A stretch of DNA of 64,000 nucleotides. Source: Eledone cirrhosa. Taxonomy: Eukaryota. The DNA lies in assembly GCA_964016885.1 (NCBI GenBank), contig OZ024740.1, forward strand, positions 1,178,001 to 1,242,000. Direction: 5' to 3'. The position numbers and the translations under genes were made by a program. Shown piece after piece: positions 13,661 to 27,099 of the stretch (position 1 is the stretch's first letter; each line of letters opens with the position of its first letter). The notes beneath the pieces are model-generated. The model was not told the DNA's origin, did not search any database, and saw only the letters and a program-made list of their open reading frames with translations.

Positions 13661-14119
13661 AGACCGAACTGACTTGGAGATGATACAAAAGCGCGAAAAT
13701 TTATTGTAAAATGACTCCTACAATCCTTTTCGACAAATAAAATTATATTTATAGAGGAGTGAGCATTGAAGAGCTATTTATTTATATCCTGGAAGTCAAA
13801 AGCATTTACTACCGATAAGAAGCTACCAACTCTTCGATTAAGGTATTTCAATTATATCACTTATAACTAATATCCTTCGAAGACCTATAACAACAATGTA
13901 AAATCATATAGATAATATTTAGCCCCTCATCCTTATCTATAAATGTATCATTTATCACATAAGACAGTGTAACACAGTCTTCGTTCAACTAATGTGTATA
14001 TTGTCAATTGCGATTTTATTTGACGTATCATATCTACATGTATATATACTTGCGTATAATATCAATATACACACTACACATGCTAGCAGAAAACCACCCG
14101 TAGTATATATATATATATA

Positions 14120-15190
14120 GCGTAGAGTGGAATAGGCTAATTGAAATTTTCGAAAAATCGATAATCGGACCCTATGACAATGTTTTTCGATTCCAATGAA
14201 ATTTTATGTGAATTCGAACACAAGAACTCTTAGTTGATTCTTACCTTTCAGCTATGAATTGGGCAGTGCCTTAAAATCCCGTTTTATTTGCGTGCAATTG
14301 TTTTGTATCTTATGTATGGAGAATCGAAAACCCTTTTTCTCATAACCTGATACATGCGTTACACATGCTCCATGGATGTTTGTGGACTATTTTTTTCAAA
14401 ATACCAATATCACAGATTGGAACACAAAAGGAAACGTTTGTTCTTCATTTAGTTAAATCCAGCGCCTTATAAACCCGTGTGTATCCGGGTACACTAGCTA
14501 GAAAGAGAAATGGAAACATTGATTCCTCGGTCCGATTTCACGAAAGTAGATTTAGTTCCACAGCAAATTAACAAACCATACTTGAAGACACGTTGAGGCT
14601 GTTGCAAAGGGCAATAACCCTAGATACAATTTTGATCAACTTTTTTTCACCTATAGCAAATTTACCGTGACAGGTTTTTAGCTACTCAAATCTACTTCAG
14701 AGATCACGCATTGATGTAAAAAATCAATAAAACTGAAGCGGGGCTCGACTTTGCGCAAAAAGACAAGGCAAAGTTACACATGGGAAAACTTTTTACAGGA
14801 ACGTCCGATATTCTTGAAAACTGTCACAAGACTCGCCATTATGCCGCGATTAAGATAAAGGCCCTTTTAATTCTTCTTCTGCACATGTGAGCGCAAAAAT
14901 TGTAAAAAAAAAAAAAAAAACCTGTAAAAAATCGACATTTTCACCTTGCTTTAAATTAACTGAACATTCAATATCAAGCGATTTTGACTTCCGTCAGTCG
15001 TGCAGAGAACAATTTCAACGATACACTGTGTAACTACAATTAATAAATTACACACCTGCGTCTACTAACCTATTTTTTTTTCATTGAAGTTCGAAGTTTT
15101 GAACCTGTGATGCGAGGGAAGTTACTTTCACACATTCTAACAGACCAAAGGTCGACTTACACCCGGGCAACGCCGGGTACTTCTGCTAGT
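14120..15190 (+). mobile_element. Non-autonomous Helitron(s)
   Basis: 3' hairpin plus CTAG ends: CCCGTGTGTATCCGGG...CTAG (~14473-14501) and ACCCGGGCAACGCCGGGTACTTCTGCTAGT (to 15190); 5' boundary approximate. Confidence 0.65.
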
Positions 15191-15405
15191 GTATGTATAT
15201 ATAAGTATATATGTATGTATATATAAGTATGTATGTATATATATAAGTGTGTGTGTGTGTAAAAATGTCAATAATGACCTTTTTTTTGACAAAAAACTTG
15301 AATTTAAGTTGTCATGTTTACCTTAATTAACATTTTAAAAGAAAAGTTGGTTATTTTGACATCCCCCCCCTCCCCAAACTAAAAACAAGACATAAAAATT
15401 TAAAT

Positions 15406-16170
15406 TTAAGTTTTAATTGTAAAAGTAACATTATCATATTTTAGCTCCTTGAGTTCCTTAAGTGCGTATTTCAGCTCGTATTCCCCATTTTCTAAACACA
15501 ATGCTTTTGCAAGCGAATCTTCACTCATTGAATTCTGTATTCGTAGACCTGACTTTTCCCAGCAATTTACAATTGTCTCTTTTACAACCGAATCCCATGC
15601 CTGGACTGACCAAAAATACCATGCAATAACTGTTTTTACTTTTGCCAGCAATTATTCCAGTGCATCACTAGTACTTTATTTATCGACCCTATAAGGATGA
15701 AAGGCCAAGTTGAACTCGGAAAATAAAGGGGCGTAACTCATGACATTCCTTTTAAATTGACACTTTCACATCTTTATTAACCAACTTTATTAATAAAAAT
15801 CGTATTGTAGTTGCATTTGAATGACCAAATTATTCCTTGGTCTAAAGGTTGTAATTTTGTAGTTGTGTTCGAGGGTAGAAAAAAAAAGTTTTATATTTTA
15901 AAAGCTTTGTTTGTGGCATGCTGCATTATCAAGGAGCAATAATACTTTTCTCTATTGTTTAAAAAATTCGTAATTGATTTCTTTTAGGTAAAATGAAAAT
16001 ATATTGTCTGTCATCCTTCCGTAATATTCTTTTTATAATAAAATTCCTGTTTAGAAATGTCAATATTCTTGAAACAACGAGGTTTAAGGCTTTTTTCAGT
16101 AAAAAGGGGTTTTAACTTTTCACCAGTTGCACTACATGTGAATAGTACTGTAATTCTCTTTTGATTCCTC
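15406..16170 (-). mobile_element. pogo/Tigger DDE_1 transposase pseudogene with SINE fragment insertion (~15660-15740)
   Basis: TVLFTCSATGEKLKP, KPRCFK, LLLLDNAACH, FLPSNTTTKLQPLDQGII..FK. Confidence 0.85.
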
Positions 16171-16627
16171 TAATTTTGTATTATCATCGTTAAGAAAAAC
16201 ATAACTTTTAGTCCCTCTCCTTATTCCTACCCTTTATGTCTCATCCTCGAATCCATATTCTCAGTCCCTGTCTCCTTTTCCTTATCTCTCTATCTCTTAC
16301 TTTTTATTATTTATTTAATCCTTTGATATTTTATTATACAACTTGCCTTTTTATTTTGCTGATTTATAAACTCAAAACATATATCGTATTCCTTTTCATG
16401 TTATTGTTATCATTACTGTCATCACTATTTTACACATCCACTTACTCACCACTATAACTTCTACTACTACTATTATCAGAAACCGTATTTTGTACTTATT
16501 TTTTACATCGTCATTCTTTCTTCTTTATACTTTTATTATTGTTTATCTTTTATTATTGATGTTTTCGTTTTCATTCACTCGATTCTCTGATTTATCTATA
16601 AATGCTAATGCCATGTGTTACACCCTC

Positions 16628-16727
16628 CAGTATTCCGATGATTTTATCAGAGCCACACACTGTATTTAAGGTCGAGTGATTAGCGACTTTTAGACTCACC
16701 TGTTCAATGAAACAATTGTTAGTACTG
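16628..16727 (+). ncRNA. Degenerate type I hammerhead ribozyme
   Basis: CAGTATT-CCGATGA-long stem II-GAAA-CAATTG-TT-AGTACTG; core U4 changed to C. Confidence 0.5.
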
Positions 16728-16892
16728 TAAATAAAACCCTTTTTATACAGCCGACCATCTTACTCTTCATTCTTTCACTACTATTACTCCAAGATCGACC
16801 TGCATGGGAATTATTGCAAACTCGCTACCTAAGTAAGGAAACCTCTCACTGGATTACCTAAAATGATAACTTGTTATCCCATGTGTATATAT

Positions 16893-17400
16893 CATCATCA
16901 TCATCATCGTTTAAAGTCTATCTTCCACGCTAGCATGGGTTTAGACGAGAGATGTCCCACTTGAGGCAAGATTGGTTTTTCTCGCTCGTATAGGACTGTC
17001 TGGCAGGTTTTCTACGGTTGGGTGCCCTTCCTAACACCAACCACGTTTAGTGTGGACTGGGAGGTTTTTACCGTGTTACCTACACGGGCACATTACAGAG
17101 TGGAGATTTTTTTTTTTTGTCGTGACATCTACACGACCTCATTTATTTAGGGCTGGATGTTGTGGTACAGAGAAAGAGGTTGGAGGAGAGGGTAGTGGGA
17201 TGCGGGTGTATTTTTGGTTAAGAGGTACCTACTGACGAGGTTTCGCGTTGTACATAGACAAATCAGGTCTTCTGTATTACTGCGTAGTGCCAAAGATCTC
17301 TGTCCAGTGACATTGTCTTGGAGAGATGTATGTAAGGTCGGAATTTATCAGATCGTCCCAGGTTTTTCTGGGTCTGCCTACTCCGTAACTTCCATCAATT
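16893..17400 (-). mobile_element. RTE 3' end and 3' UTR
   Basis: Reverse-complement homolog of 8585-9122. Confidence 0.85.
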
Positions 17401-17438
17401 TTGATATATATATATATGTGTGTGTATATGTATATATT

Positions 17439-17597
17439 TGTCCTGGGTATGACATTAAACTACATCCAGTGGCAAGGCTCAAGTTCAGGAGGAACTGTGG
17501 GGAACGTGGAGTTACCCCCTTAGTTGTCATAACTCCCAGGTCTGCTCTGGCCTGGTGTAGTAGTACCTGTTAGGGCCCCATTTATAGGTTAAATAAT
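17439..17597. repeat. Dispersed ~160-bp repeat (copy 1 of 3; also 20730-20888 and ~30128-30290)
   Basis: TGTCCTGGGTATGACATTAAAC...GTTAGGGCCCCATTTAT shared by all three copies. Confidence 0.85.
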
Positions 17598-20500
17598 ATG
17601 ACAGATCGGGGTACCCTATCAAAGGCCTTCTCTAGGTCAACAAAGGCTAAGTATAGTGGCTTATTTTTCTCTAAGAACCTCTCTTGTAATTGTCTCATCA
17701 AGAAGAGGGCATCTGTTGTACTATTCCCAGGCACAAAACCAAACTGCATCTCATCTAGTTTGACCCTTTCTCTAATTAGTTGTGCTTATATCCTTTCTGC
17801 CACTTTCATAACCTGATCCATCAGTTTTATACCCCTATAATTTCTCCTCTCAAGAGCATCCCCTTTACTTTTGCACTAGTCTTTGGGTATGACACTGCCA
17901 TATATAGCCTGATTGATGATGTGTGCAACCAGTTTAGTGCCTACGTCCCCTGAGGCCTTCAGCATCTCAACAACTATCTCCGATGGTCCAGCAGCCTCAC
18001 CATTTTTCATTTCCTTAATCGCCTCTTGGACCCTATATTCGTCAATCTCAATAGCTGGTCCCTCTGTCTGATCTACTGAGGGTAATTTCTCTCTCTCCCA
18101 TATATATATATCTTGAAAGATTTGTAAATGTCTGAGAGATTGGCTAAATGTTTTACAGTGTACTGTGCCACTAAACTGCACCATACTAAATCACACTACA
18201 CTGCACTGCACTGCACTGTTCACTCTAACGCTACTGTTTTCTATTTTGCAGTTATGATCAGTAAGAGAAAGGAAGTTATTTCAACAAAAGCTAAGTATAG
18301 TGGCTTCTAAGAACCTCTCTTGTAGTTGTCTCGCTAAGAGGGTATCTGTTGCCCTTTTCCCAGGCACATAACCAAACTGCATCGCATCTAGTTGGACCCT
18401 TTCTATAATTAGTTGCGCTAATATCCTTTCTGCCACTTTCACAACCTGATCCATCAGCTTTATTCCTCTATAATTGCTCATGTCCAGAGCATCCCCTTTA
18501 CCTTTGTAGCAATTTACGAGAATATTGCTGCAGCAGTCTTTGAGTACAACACCGACATATATAGCCTGATTTGATGAAGCGTGCAACCAGTTTAGTGCCT
18601 ATGTCCCCTGATACCTGCAGCATCTCAGCAACTATTCCTGACGGTCCAGCGGCCTTACCATTATTCATTTCCTTAATCGCCTCTTAGACCATATATTCGT
18701 CAATCTGAATAGCTGGTCCTTCTGTCGGATGTACTGGGGGGTAATTTCTCTCTTTCTCACATTGGGTCTCCACATTCATCAGTCTCTCTTAATGACATTT
18801 CCAGGCCTCCTTTTTCTGACCATCCGTGAAACTAAGTACACCGGCATTATTAAGCAGACAAACTTAATCTCGATTTGCACTGACACACAGCCTCGCAATA
18901 CGGAACACGGCGCGTCTTTGATCTTCCTGTCGAGCAGCCTCCTTGCGTGCTAAGTACACCTGACATCTAGCTTCTCTCTTAGCGGCTGTATATTCTTCTC
19001 TACTCGCACTAATTTTCCAAGCATTCCATGCTAGTCTTTAGTCTCCAATGGCCCGATCTACCGTGCTGTCCCACCACCATGTCACTCTCTGTCTGGTTGG
19101 AACTCTGATCCAGCCACAAGTTTCATCAGTAGCCTGCAGTAAGGTATCACATAAATTCCAGTTATCATCTATGTTGTACGACTCTAAATCGTCTTCTTTT
19201 TCATCATACACATATTGAAGGGCTTTCCTAAATTTGTATTTTAGTGAAAGCTCTTTTAGCTTCCAGACCTTTCTTTTTTCCACACCTTCCTGTATGTCTC
19301 ATTCAGTCTCTTGCTTACTGAGATATCACTAACGACTAACCTATGCTGTGGGGTACATTCTTCCCCGGGGTATGCCTTTCTATTTGACACCATCTGCCTG
19401 TCCCGCTGCCTAACTAGCAAGAAGTCAATCTGGCTTATGTGGTTGCCTGATTTGTAGGTTATTAGGTGGTTGGCAGATTTGTGTAAGTTAGTGTTGTAGA
19501 TGGTTAGTGCAATTGCATCGCAAAATTCAAGAAGTTTCACTGCTTCATTTCTTAAGCCGTAAGTGTGCCCAACATGTACCTCAGTGTAACCATCCTAGAG
19601 CTGTCCAACATGACCATTGAAATCCCTTGCTAGCATAACGATGTCTCCGTCCTGTCATTGTGGCTGTTTGTAAAAATTGCTTGTAAATGCAGTTTTTCTT
19701 TTCTTTACCTAGCAGTAGTTTCTTGCCCTCAATTAACCCTAGCACTAGCCCTAACACTAGCCCTAACACTAGCCGTAACACTAACCGTAACACTAACCGT
19801 AACACTAACCGTAACACTAACTTATGCAGGCCTAGGTAAAGATGAGAAAGATAAAACAAGGAGTGATGCTTCTTGAATTTTGTGATGCAAGTGTTTTAAC
19901 CATTTGCAAAACCAACTTCCGCAAACCTGCCAACTGCCTAATAACCTACAAATTAAGCAAGCACAGAAGCCGGATTTCTCATTAGTTAGGCAGCGAGACA
20001 GACAGATGGTGTGAAGTACCAGGGTGTGCCCCAGGGAGGAATGTTTCCCACAGCGTGGGTTGGTTGTTGGTGATGTCTCGGTGATCCTGAGACGGAGTGA
20101 GACGTGCAGGAGGGTGTTTATAGGTAAATAGATAGACTGATGCACAGATATCTGGATAGATTGATAGAGAGATAGATATATAGAGAGCATCATTATCATC
20201 GTCTGTTCATCATTTTACGTCCGCTTTTCCCTGCTTGAAAGGGTGGGACAGGTTCTCTTGAGCAGAGCATCTCTTCACTTGTCACGGTCCTTCGTCATCT
20301 CCTTGGTGAGTTTCAGCGATCTGAAGTCAGCTCTCACCACCTCCACCCATGGTTTTCGTGGTCTTCCTCTACTGAGTCTCCCTTCTTTACCCAGCGCTCA
20401 ACCTCCATGCGCATCACATGTCCATACCATCTCAGTCCTCTCTTGCACACCACAACTTATCCCTCTTAAACACAGTTTCTCTCTCAACTCGTTTATGCTT

Positions 20501-20650
20501 GGTCGTTCCCGCACATTGACATTGCACATCCAACGGAGCATGCTTGCTTCATTTCTCTCCAGCCATCGCATATCCTCTGCAGTTGCTGTCCATGTCTCAC
20601 TACCATGCAGCGTCGCACATCTCGCATAGGCATCATGTAGCCACACTTTC
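17598..20650 (-). mobile_element. Nested RTE fragments (RT, linker, endonuclease C-terminus, 3' parts)
   Basis: AAGPSEIVVEMLK, MQFGYVPGK, ITYKSG..SQIDFLL, QHRLVV, ERNEASMLRWMC; a plus-strand endonuclease piece at ~19860-20110. Confidence 0.85.
19735..19822. repeat. Telomere-like (TAACAC/TAACCG)n minisatellite
   Basis: Direct inspection; longer paralog at 23771-23963. Confidence 0.85.
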
Positions 20651-21039
20651 GTACGCATATATATATTTGTATATATGTATATATATATATATATATATGT
20701 GTATGTATATATATATGTATGTATATATTTGTCCTGGGTATGACATTAAACTACATCCAGTGGCAAGGCTCAAGTTCAGGAGGAACTGTGGGGAACGTGG
20801 AGTTACCCCCTTAGTTGTCATAACTCCCAGGTTTGCTCTGGCCCGGAATAGTAGTACCTGTTAGGGCCCCATTTATAGGTTAAATAATGACCTTATTCGA
20901 GTGGTGCTGGTAAGGTATTGTTAGACATTGACAAGAATATGGAGAGTGTATTTAACAGCACTAGAGTTAGACACTAATTAGTGTCAAGGAGCAGCCTGGT
21001 CATTATGACTTTTCTGGCTTATAGCCACAGGGAGCACCA

Positions 21040-22050
21040 GTTGAGTGGAGGATCAGTAACATCGTCCCAGTGTCAAAGAAGGGAGATCTCTCTAACACCA
21101 ACAACTACAGAGGGATCGCACTGACGTGACTTGTGGCAAAGACCGTCAACAGGATGATTCTTAACAGGATCCAGCCCGAGATAAGGGACAGCCATAACGG
21201 CTTCAAAGAGGGAAGATCAACCACCAATCACATCCTGATGCTGAGGAGGATATTAGAGGGAGCTAGAGCAAACTGCCTTCTTGCGGTCATGCTTTCTGTG
21301 GACTGTCACTGCTTGATGAAGCTCTTACAGTTTTATGGAATCCCCAAGAAGCTAGTGGACCTGATATCGCTGCTCTACACCAAATCCCAAGTCATTACAC
21401 CTGATGGGATGACAGAGTTCTTTGAGATACTGGCTGGAGTGCTCCAGGGAAATAAATTGGCTCCCTATCTTTTTATCATCATAGTGGACTGTTGTATGCG
21501 CCTTGCGCTGGAGAAACACCAAGACTCTGGCTTTACTGTAACACCAGCTCAGAGCATGAGAGTTAAAGCGAAAAAGACATTGGATGCTGAATTTGCCGAC
21601 GACATAGTTTCGATGACAAACACAGTGAAGGAGGCAGAGGATTTTATGCAGGAGGTTGAGACTGTGTCGATGAGTGTCGGGCTGAGAATGAATGAGATCA
21701 AGACAAAATATCTGCTAGAGAATATTAATAAGCCAGAGAAGATTACTAATGTAAGCGGGGGGCTGCTAGAATTGGTTGAGGACTTCCTGTATTTGGGAGC
21801 AAAGATTGGGAATACGGAAGATGTGTTCGAGAAGAAGAGCAATGCCTGAACATTAATTAGTATACACTGAACATTAACTAGTATACACTGAGGATTAAGA
21901 ATTCAGAGCTGTACGGAAGCCTCCTGAAAGTCAGCTCAAAAGCGACACAGGAGACTGAGGTTAACATATGTTGATGCCCTAAGGACAGACAATGCAGCTA
22001 TAATGGACAGAGACCGCTGAAGAGATATTTTCCATGGATCTCGGGAATTT
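21040..22050 (+). mobile_element. Second RTE-like family, RT fragment
   Basis: KKGDLS..NNYRGI, NGF.EGRSTT, GVLQGNKLAPYLF, EFADDI, DFLYLG. Confidence 0.85.
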
Positions 22051-23359
22051 TACCCGCCCTAGATAGATAGATAGATATGTATGTATATATATATATATAT
22101 ATAAACACACATGCATACATACATATATATGCATGTATCTTTCTCATTCTCTCTGTATGTATGTATGTATGTATGTATGTATGTATGTATGTATGTATGT
22201 ATGTATGTATGTATGTATGTATGTATGTATGTATGTATATATATATAATTATATATTTATAGACAGAGACACACACACACAGATAAACATCCTGAAAGCT
22301 TTTTAAATGTCTGAGAGATTGGCTAAATATGCACCATAGTGAATCCTTTTACAGCGCATCACTGTTCACTCTAATGCGAGCGTTTTGTATTTTGCAGGTA
22401 TGACCAGTAAGAGCGCGGAAGTTATTTCAAAGGATTTTCGTAATTAAACACTTTTTTTACCATTATTTTAAGGTATTATCTCGGTGTATTTTTAAATTGA
22501 CCTCTTGATAAGACAAAATGACCTGTATAATTTGTTTCATATTTAGATGGAATAGAAGAAAAAAAAGAGAAATGAAAGCAATGAAATTAAGTTTTAGAGA
22601 AAATATACGCCAATGACAATGGAGGTATGATTTCAGTTTAATCTTAACCTAATGACCACTTTACAGAGTGTACTGGGTGTTTTACCTCGCTATGTTTACT
22701 GTAAACCCTACATAACGAATGCCTTGTTGAGTGTTGTGAATTGTGAACGTGAGGTTGTGTTGTGGGGTTGCTTGGTGAGGTTGCATAAGAAGGGTGTTGT
22801 GAGTTTGCATTATGATGTAGCTTTGTGAGGCTTTGTTGTGAATTGATAAATATTTGAAAACACACCTCTGTCGCTCAACAGTCAGTCAGTCAGTCATTTT
22901 CTACTAAAACTCATTGATGCGAGTCCCTAGCATTGTATCTGTAAGTACATTATGACTATTTTCTCTTTGTGGACTTGACATTCAAAGATATTTGTATATA
23001 TTTTGTTGATGTTGTTTGTTAGTTAGGAAATTGCTTAAAAGCTACTTTGATCACAGCACTTTGTAAAGGCAACATATGTTTTACATTCTTTTTTCTTTTA
23101 TTTTTGTTATTCAGATGACAGAGAAGGCAAAGAAAGGCACAGAAGAAAAGAAGAGTGACAATTATTATTATTATTACTATTATTATAATCAAAATATGCT
23201 GTTAGTTTGCCTGCTATCCCACTAAGTCCCTGCTATCGCACTCGATCTTTTGTGTACGTTTTATATAATTTATGCCAGTTCCTTTTCTGCATATCGAACA
23301 TGGCCATTTCCCTGACGGAATAGAGTTTTGTCCTCTTTTCTACTCATCAACACTCATTC

Positions 23360-24630
23360 GTGACACAAAGTACAGCGGCATCATTGCGGACAGACTTAAT
23401 CCCGATTTGCACTGACACACTGCCTCGCAGTACAGAACAGCGCACATCTTTAATCTTCCCGTCGAGCAGCCTCCTTGCATGCTCAGTACACCTGACGTCT
23501 AGCTTCTCTCTTAGCGGCTGTATATTCTTCTCTACTCGCACTAATTTTGCAAGCATTCCATGCTAGTCTTTAGTCTTCAATGGCCCGATCTACCATGCTG
23601 TCCCACCACCATGTCACTCTCTGTCTGGTTGGAACTCTGATCCAGCCACAAGTTTGAAATCCCCTGCTAGCATAACGATGTCTCCGTCCCGTCATTGTGG
23701 CTGTTTGTAAAAATTGCTTGTAAATGTAGTCTTTCTTTTCTTTACCTAGCAGTAGTCTCTTGCCCTCAATTAACCCTAAAACTATCCGTAACACTAACCG
23801 TCACACTAACACTAACCTGTAACACTAACCCGTAACACTAACCCGTAACACTAACCGTCACACTAACCATCACACTAACCGAAACCCTAACCGTAACACT
23901 AACACTAACCATAACCGTAACACTAACACTAACCATAACCGTAACACTAACCATAACACTAACTTATGCAGGCCTAGGTAAAGATGAGAAAGATAAAACA
24001 AGGAGTGATGCTTCTTGAATTTTGTGATGCAAGTGTTTTAACCATTTGCAAAACCAACTTCCGCAAACCTGCCAACTGCCTAATAACCTACAAATTAGGC
24101 AAGCACAGAAGCCGGATTTCTCGGTAGTTAGGCAGCGAGACAGACAGATGGTGTGAAGTACGAGGGTGTGCCCCGGGGAGGAATGTTTCCCACAGCGTGG
24201 GTTGGTTGTTGGTCATTTTACGTCCGCTTTTCCCTGCTTGAAAGGGTGGGACAGGTCCTCTTCAGCAGAGCATCTCTTCACTTGTCACGGTCTTTCGTCA
24301 TCTCCTCGGTGAGTTTCAGCGATCTGAGGTCAGCTCTCACTACCTCCACCCATGTTTTCGTGGTCTTCCTCTACTGCGTCTCCCTTCTTTACCCAGCGCT
24401 CAACCTCCATGCGCCTCACATGTCCATACCATCTCAGTCCTCTCTCCTGCACACCACAACTTATCCCTCTTAAACAGTTTCTCTCTCAACTCGTCTATGC
24501 TTGGTCGTTCCTGCACATTGACATTGCACATCCAACGGAGCATGCTTGCTTCATTTCTCTCCAGCCGTCGCATGTCCTCTTCTGTTGCTGTCCATGTCTC
24601 ACTATCATGCAGCATCGCGCATCTCACTTA
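23360..24630. repeat. Local duplicate of the 18830-20630 composite (RTE pieces plus telomere-like repeat)
   Basis: Same junctions reproduced, with internal deletions. Confidence 0.85.
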
Positions 24631-24676
24631 TATGTGTGTGTGTGTGTATATATATATGTACATACATATATATTAT

Positions 24677-25270
24677 GTCAGGTCACCAGTTGGTGCTACT
24701 GGTAACATGTATCCCAGTACAACCTGTCTCCTGGTCGGGTCGTTGGCGACTAAACTGGCAACCCCACCAAGGTTTCTTGGTGAGGAGGGTGACTTTGGAC
24801 ATCCTGCAGGACTAAAAACAAAACCTGTCAAAGGGCAAAGGAGCTCTTAAGAGTCAATGGCCATCCAAAATCACCGGGAGAGATGACCCCTTAGCCTGTG
24901 TCAAGGCAGAATTCTAGGAGAAGGAAAACTCTGATATAACACCTGCAACCCTGATGGTATCCAATGATGTTGACTTGTTCTTCTTTTTGGTAAATGTCCT
25001 CTTGGTTGAGAGAGTGGGACTGGCTTTGTGCAGTGCTTTTGCTCGCTATAAAAGCTTCACAGCACAGGCATTGCTTTATATCTGGAGATCTCTCTGCACT
25101 TGTCGTCACATGGTACCATGGGCCCAGCACTGTCAATAATTGTCACAAGTGTAGTGTTTGTACCAGAGTTTTCAAGTCACTGGCTGGACTAAAACGTCAC
25201 ACTCGTTAAGCCCATCGGTAGGGGTTCTCCTACATGGATATAAAGTAGGGGCCGTACTCGAAAACTAGTT
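24677..25270 (+). mobile_element. Internally deleted LINE (RTE-like 5' UTR joined to C2H2-bearing 3' end)
   Basis: GGAGAAGGAAAACTCTGA UTR motif typical of RTE leaders; terminal CSVCTRVFKSLAGLKRH; flanked by TA repeats. Confidence 0.55.
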
Positions 25271-25314
25271 GGCAACCACCATATATATATATGTATATAT
25301 GTATGTGTATATAT

Positions 25315-25366
<52 letters not shown>

Positions 25367-25419
25367 ATATGTATGTTTCTGGCTTTCTCTTATTTTCGCT
25401 CACTCCTCCGCTATCTCAC

Positions 25420-26270
25420 TTCCTTCCTCGTCCGTAACTCTCTCTTCTCTTGCTCACACTTCTACAGTGAATGTGTCTTTTTTTCTCATCAAACCCGCCA
25501 GAACTTGTGTTCGAAATCAATTGTTCACTCGATTTTTTTTTTTCCTTTCTTTTTGTTGCTTCAGCCTTTGTGTCTGTTTATATTTTTCTCTCTCTCTCCC
25601 CTCTTTTTTATCCCAATAACTTATTTTAGTTATTGTTCGCCCTAGGTTGAGGCATCTTGTCTCTAACGCGAAGAAATGCCTATGATTCCTAGCAGACAAC
25701 TGACGATGGATATTGCCCTCTTTTGCCCGTAACTTTTATTTTGATTATATTTCAATGCAACCACACAGCTTGCCATTTTATTCACATAGTTTTCTTCTCA
25801 GTTGTGACCCATCTCTCTTCTATCCCCTTGTTGCTATGCTCTCTCTCCCCCTTCTCCCTTTTCTGCTAGTCACCTTCTCTCGGCTAACCTGCCACTTCTA
25901 AAGCAGTCTCTTCTCTCACTCACACTGCTACAGTGAAGACATGTATTTTTTTTTCTCGTTAAACCCACCAGAACTTATGTTCAAAATGAGTTGTTGACTT
26001 GATTTTTCCTCTTTTCGTTTCTTCACCCTTCATGTGTGTATCCACTTTTCTCTCTCTCTCTCTCTCTCTCCCTTTTTTTATCCCAATAACTTATTTTAGT
26101 TATTGTTCGCCCTAGGTTGAGGTATCTTGTCTCTAACGCGAAGAAATGCCTATGATTCCTAGCAGACAACTGACGATGGATATTGCCCTCTTTTGCCCAC
26201 AACTTTTCTTTTCATTATACTTAAATGCAACCACACAGCTCACCATTTTATTCACATAGTTTCCTTCTCC
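25420..26270. repeat. ~470-bp tandem duplication (about 2 copies)
   Basis: TCCCAATAACTTATTTTAG... at 25611 and 26081. Confidence 0.85.
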
Positions 26271-26289
26271 GCTGAGTTTTGTCTTCTTT

Positions 26290-26545
26290 GCTACTCATCA
26301 ACACTTTTGTCTTAGCTATGTTCACTCTCAATCCTCTTAATTCCAACTCTGTTTTCATAGCCAGAATTTATTCTCAAGCTCTTCTACTGATTTTATCATC
26401 AGCATAGATAAGTTTCTGCAAACAGGATGTATTCCTACTTGTATCTGGAATTTGTCACTAAACTCCATTCCTACCCTCACTTTACTGACAGCACCTCTGT
26501 ACAAAGCTTGTAATGTCCTCACAAGCCATTCATCAACACCTACAC
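26290..26545 (-). mobile_element. RTE RT fragment
   Basis: GVDEWLVRTLQALYRGAVSKVRVG. Confidence 0.75.
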
Positions 26546-27099
26546 CGAAAAACAACCCAAACCAAACCGTGTGTTCTGTTATTATTTCTTGCAATATTTA
26601 TAACAATATATTTATAACTATATATATATATATCGTCATACAAATATGTATCGCAGCATTATCAATAAAGGACTTTAACATCTGAAAGTATTTCACATTT
26701 TATCATTATATATATATGCACACATACACACACATACACCGAGAGATGACATATATTTATATATGCTAGCTGAAGAACTGCTCTTTGGGCGTTTTTCTGC
26801 TAGTATATATAGACATAAGTTTTTGTAGTGTCCCTTTTCTATCATTTAAAAAGAAACTGAAATGCATTTCAACTAAAAGAGAGTGATAGCTGTTTCACAT
26901 GACTGTAGAATTTCTTTGTAGACACAGTTGCCAGCAAACAGACACCTTTCATTTAATATTTTAATATTTTCTTTTTTTGTAGTTCGTGATAATGCAACAT
27001 ACGTGAGAATTGTGTTGGTAGATAAATGTCTGCCCTTGAAGGTTGTTTCAACTATTTGTGGTCTATCACCATGACGTAGAACTGGAAGAATTTGGTTTT

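Noticed and set aside
25650-25725. ATC-TTGTCT...AGACAA-CTGACGA hammerhead-like motif in the 470-bp duplication
   Set aside because: No helix II or GAAA in the required order
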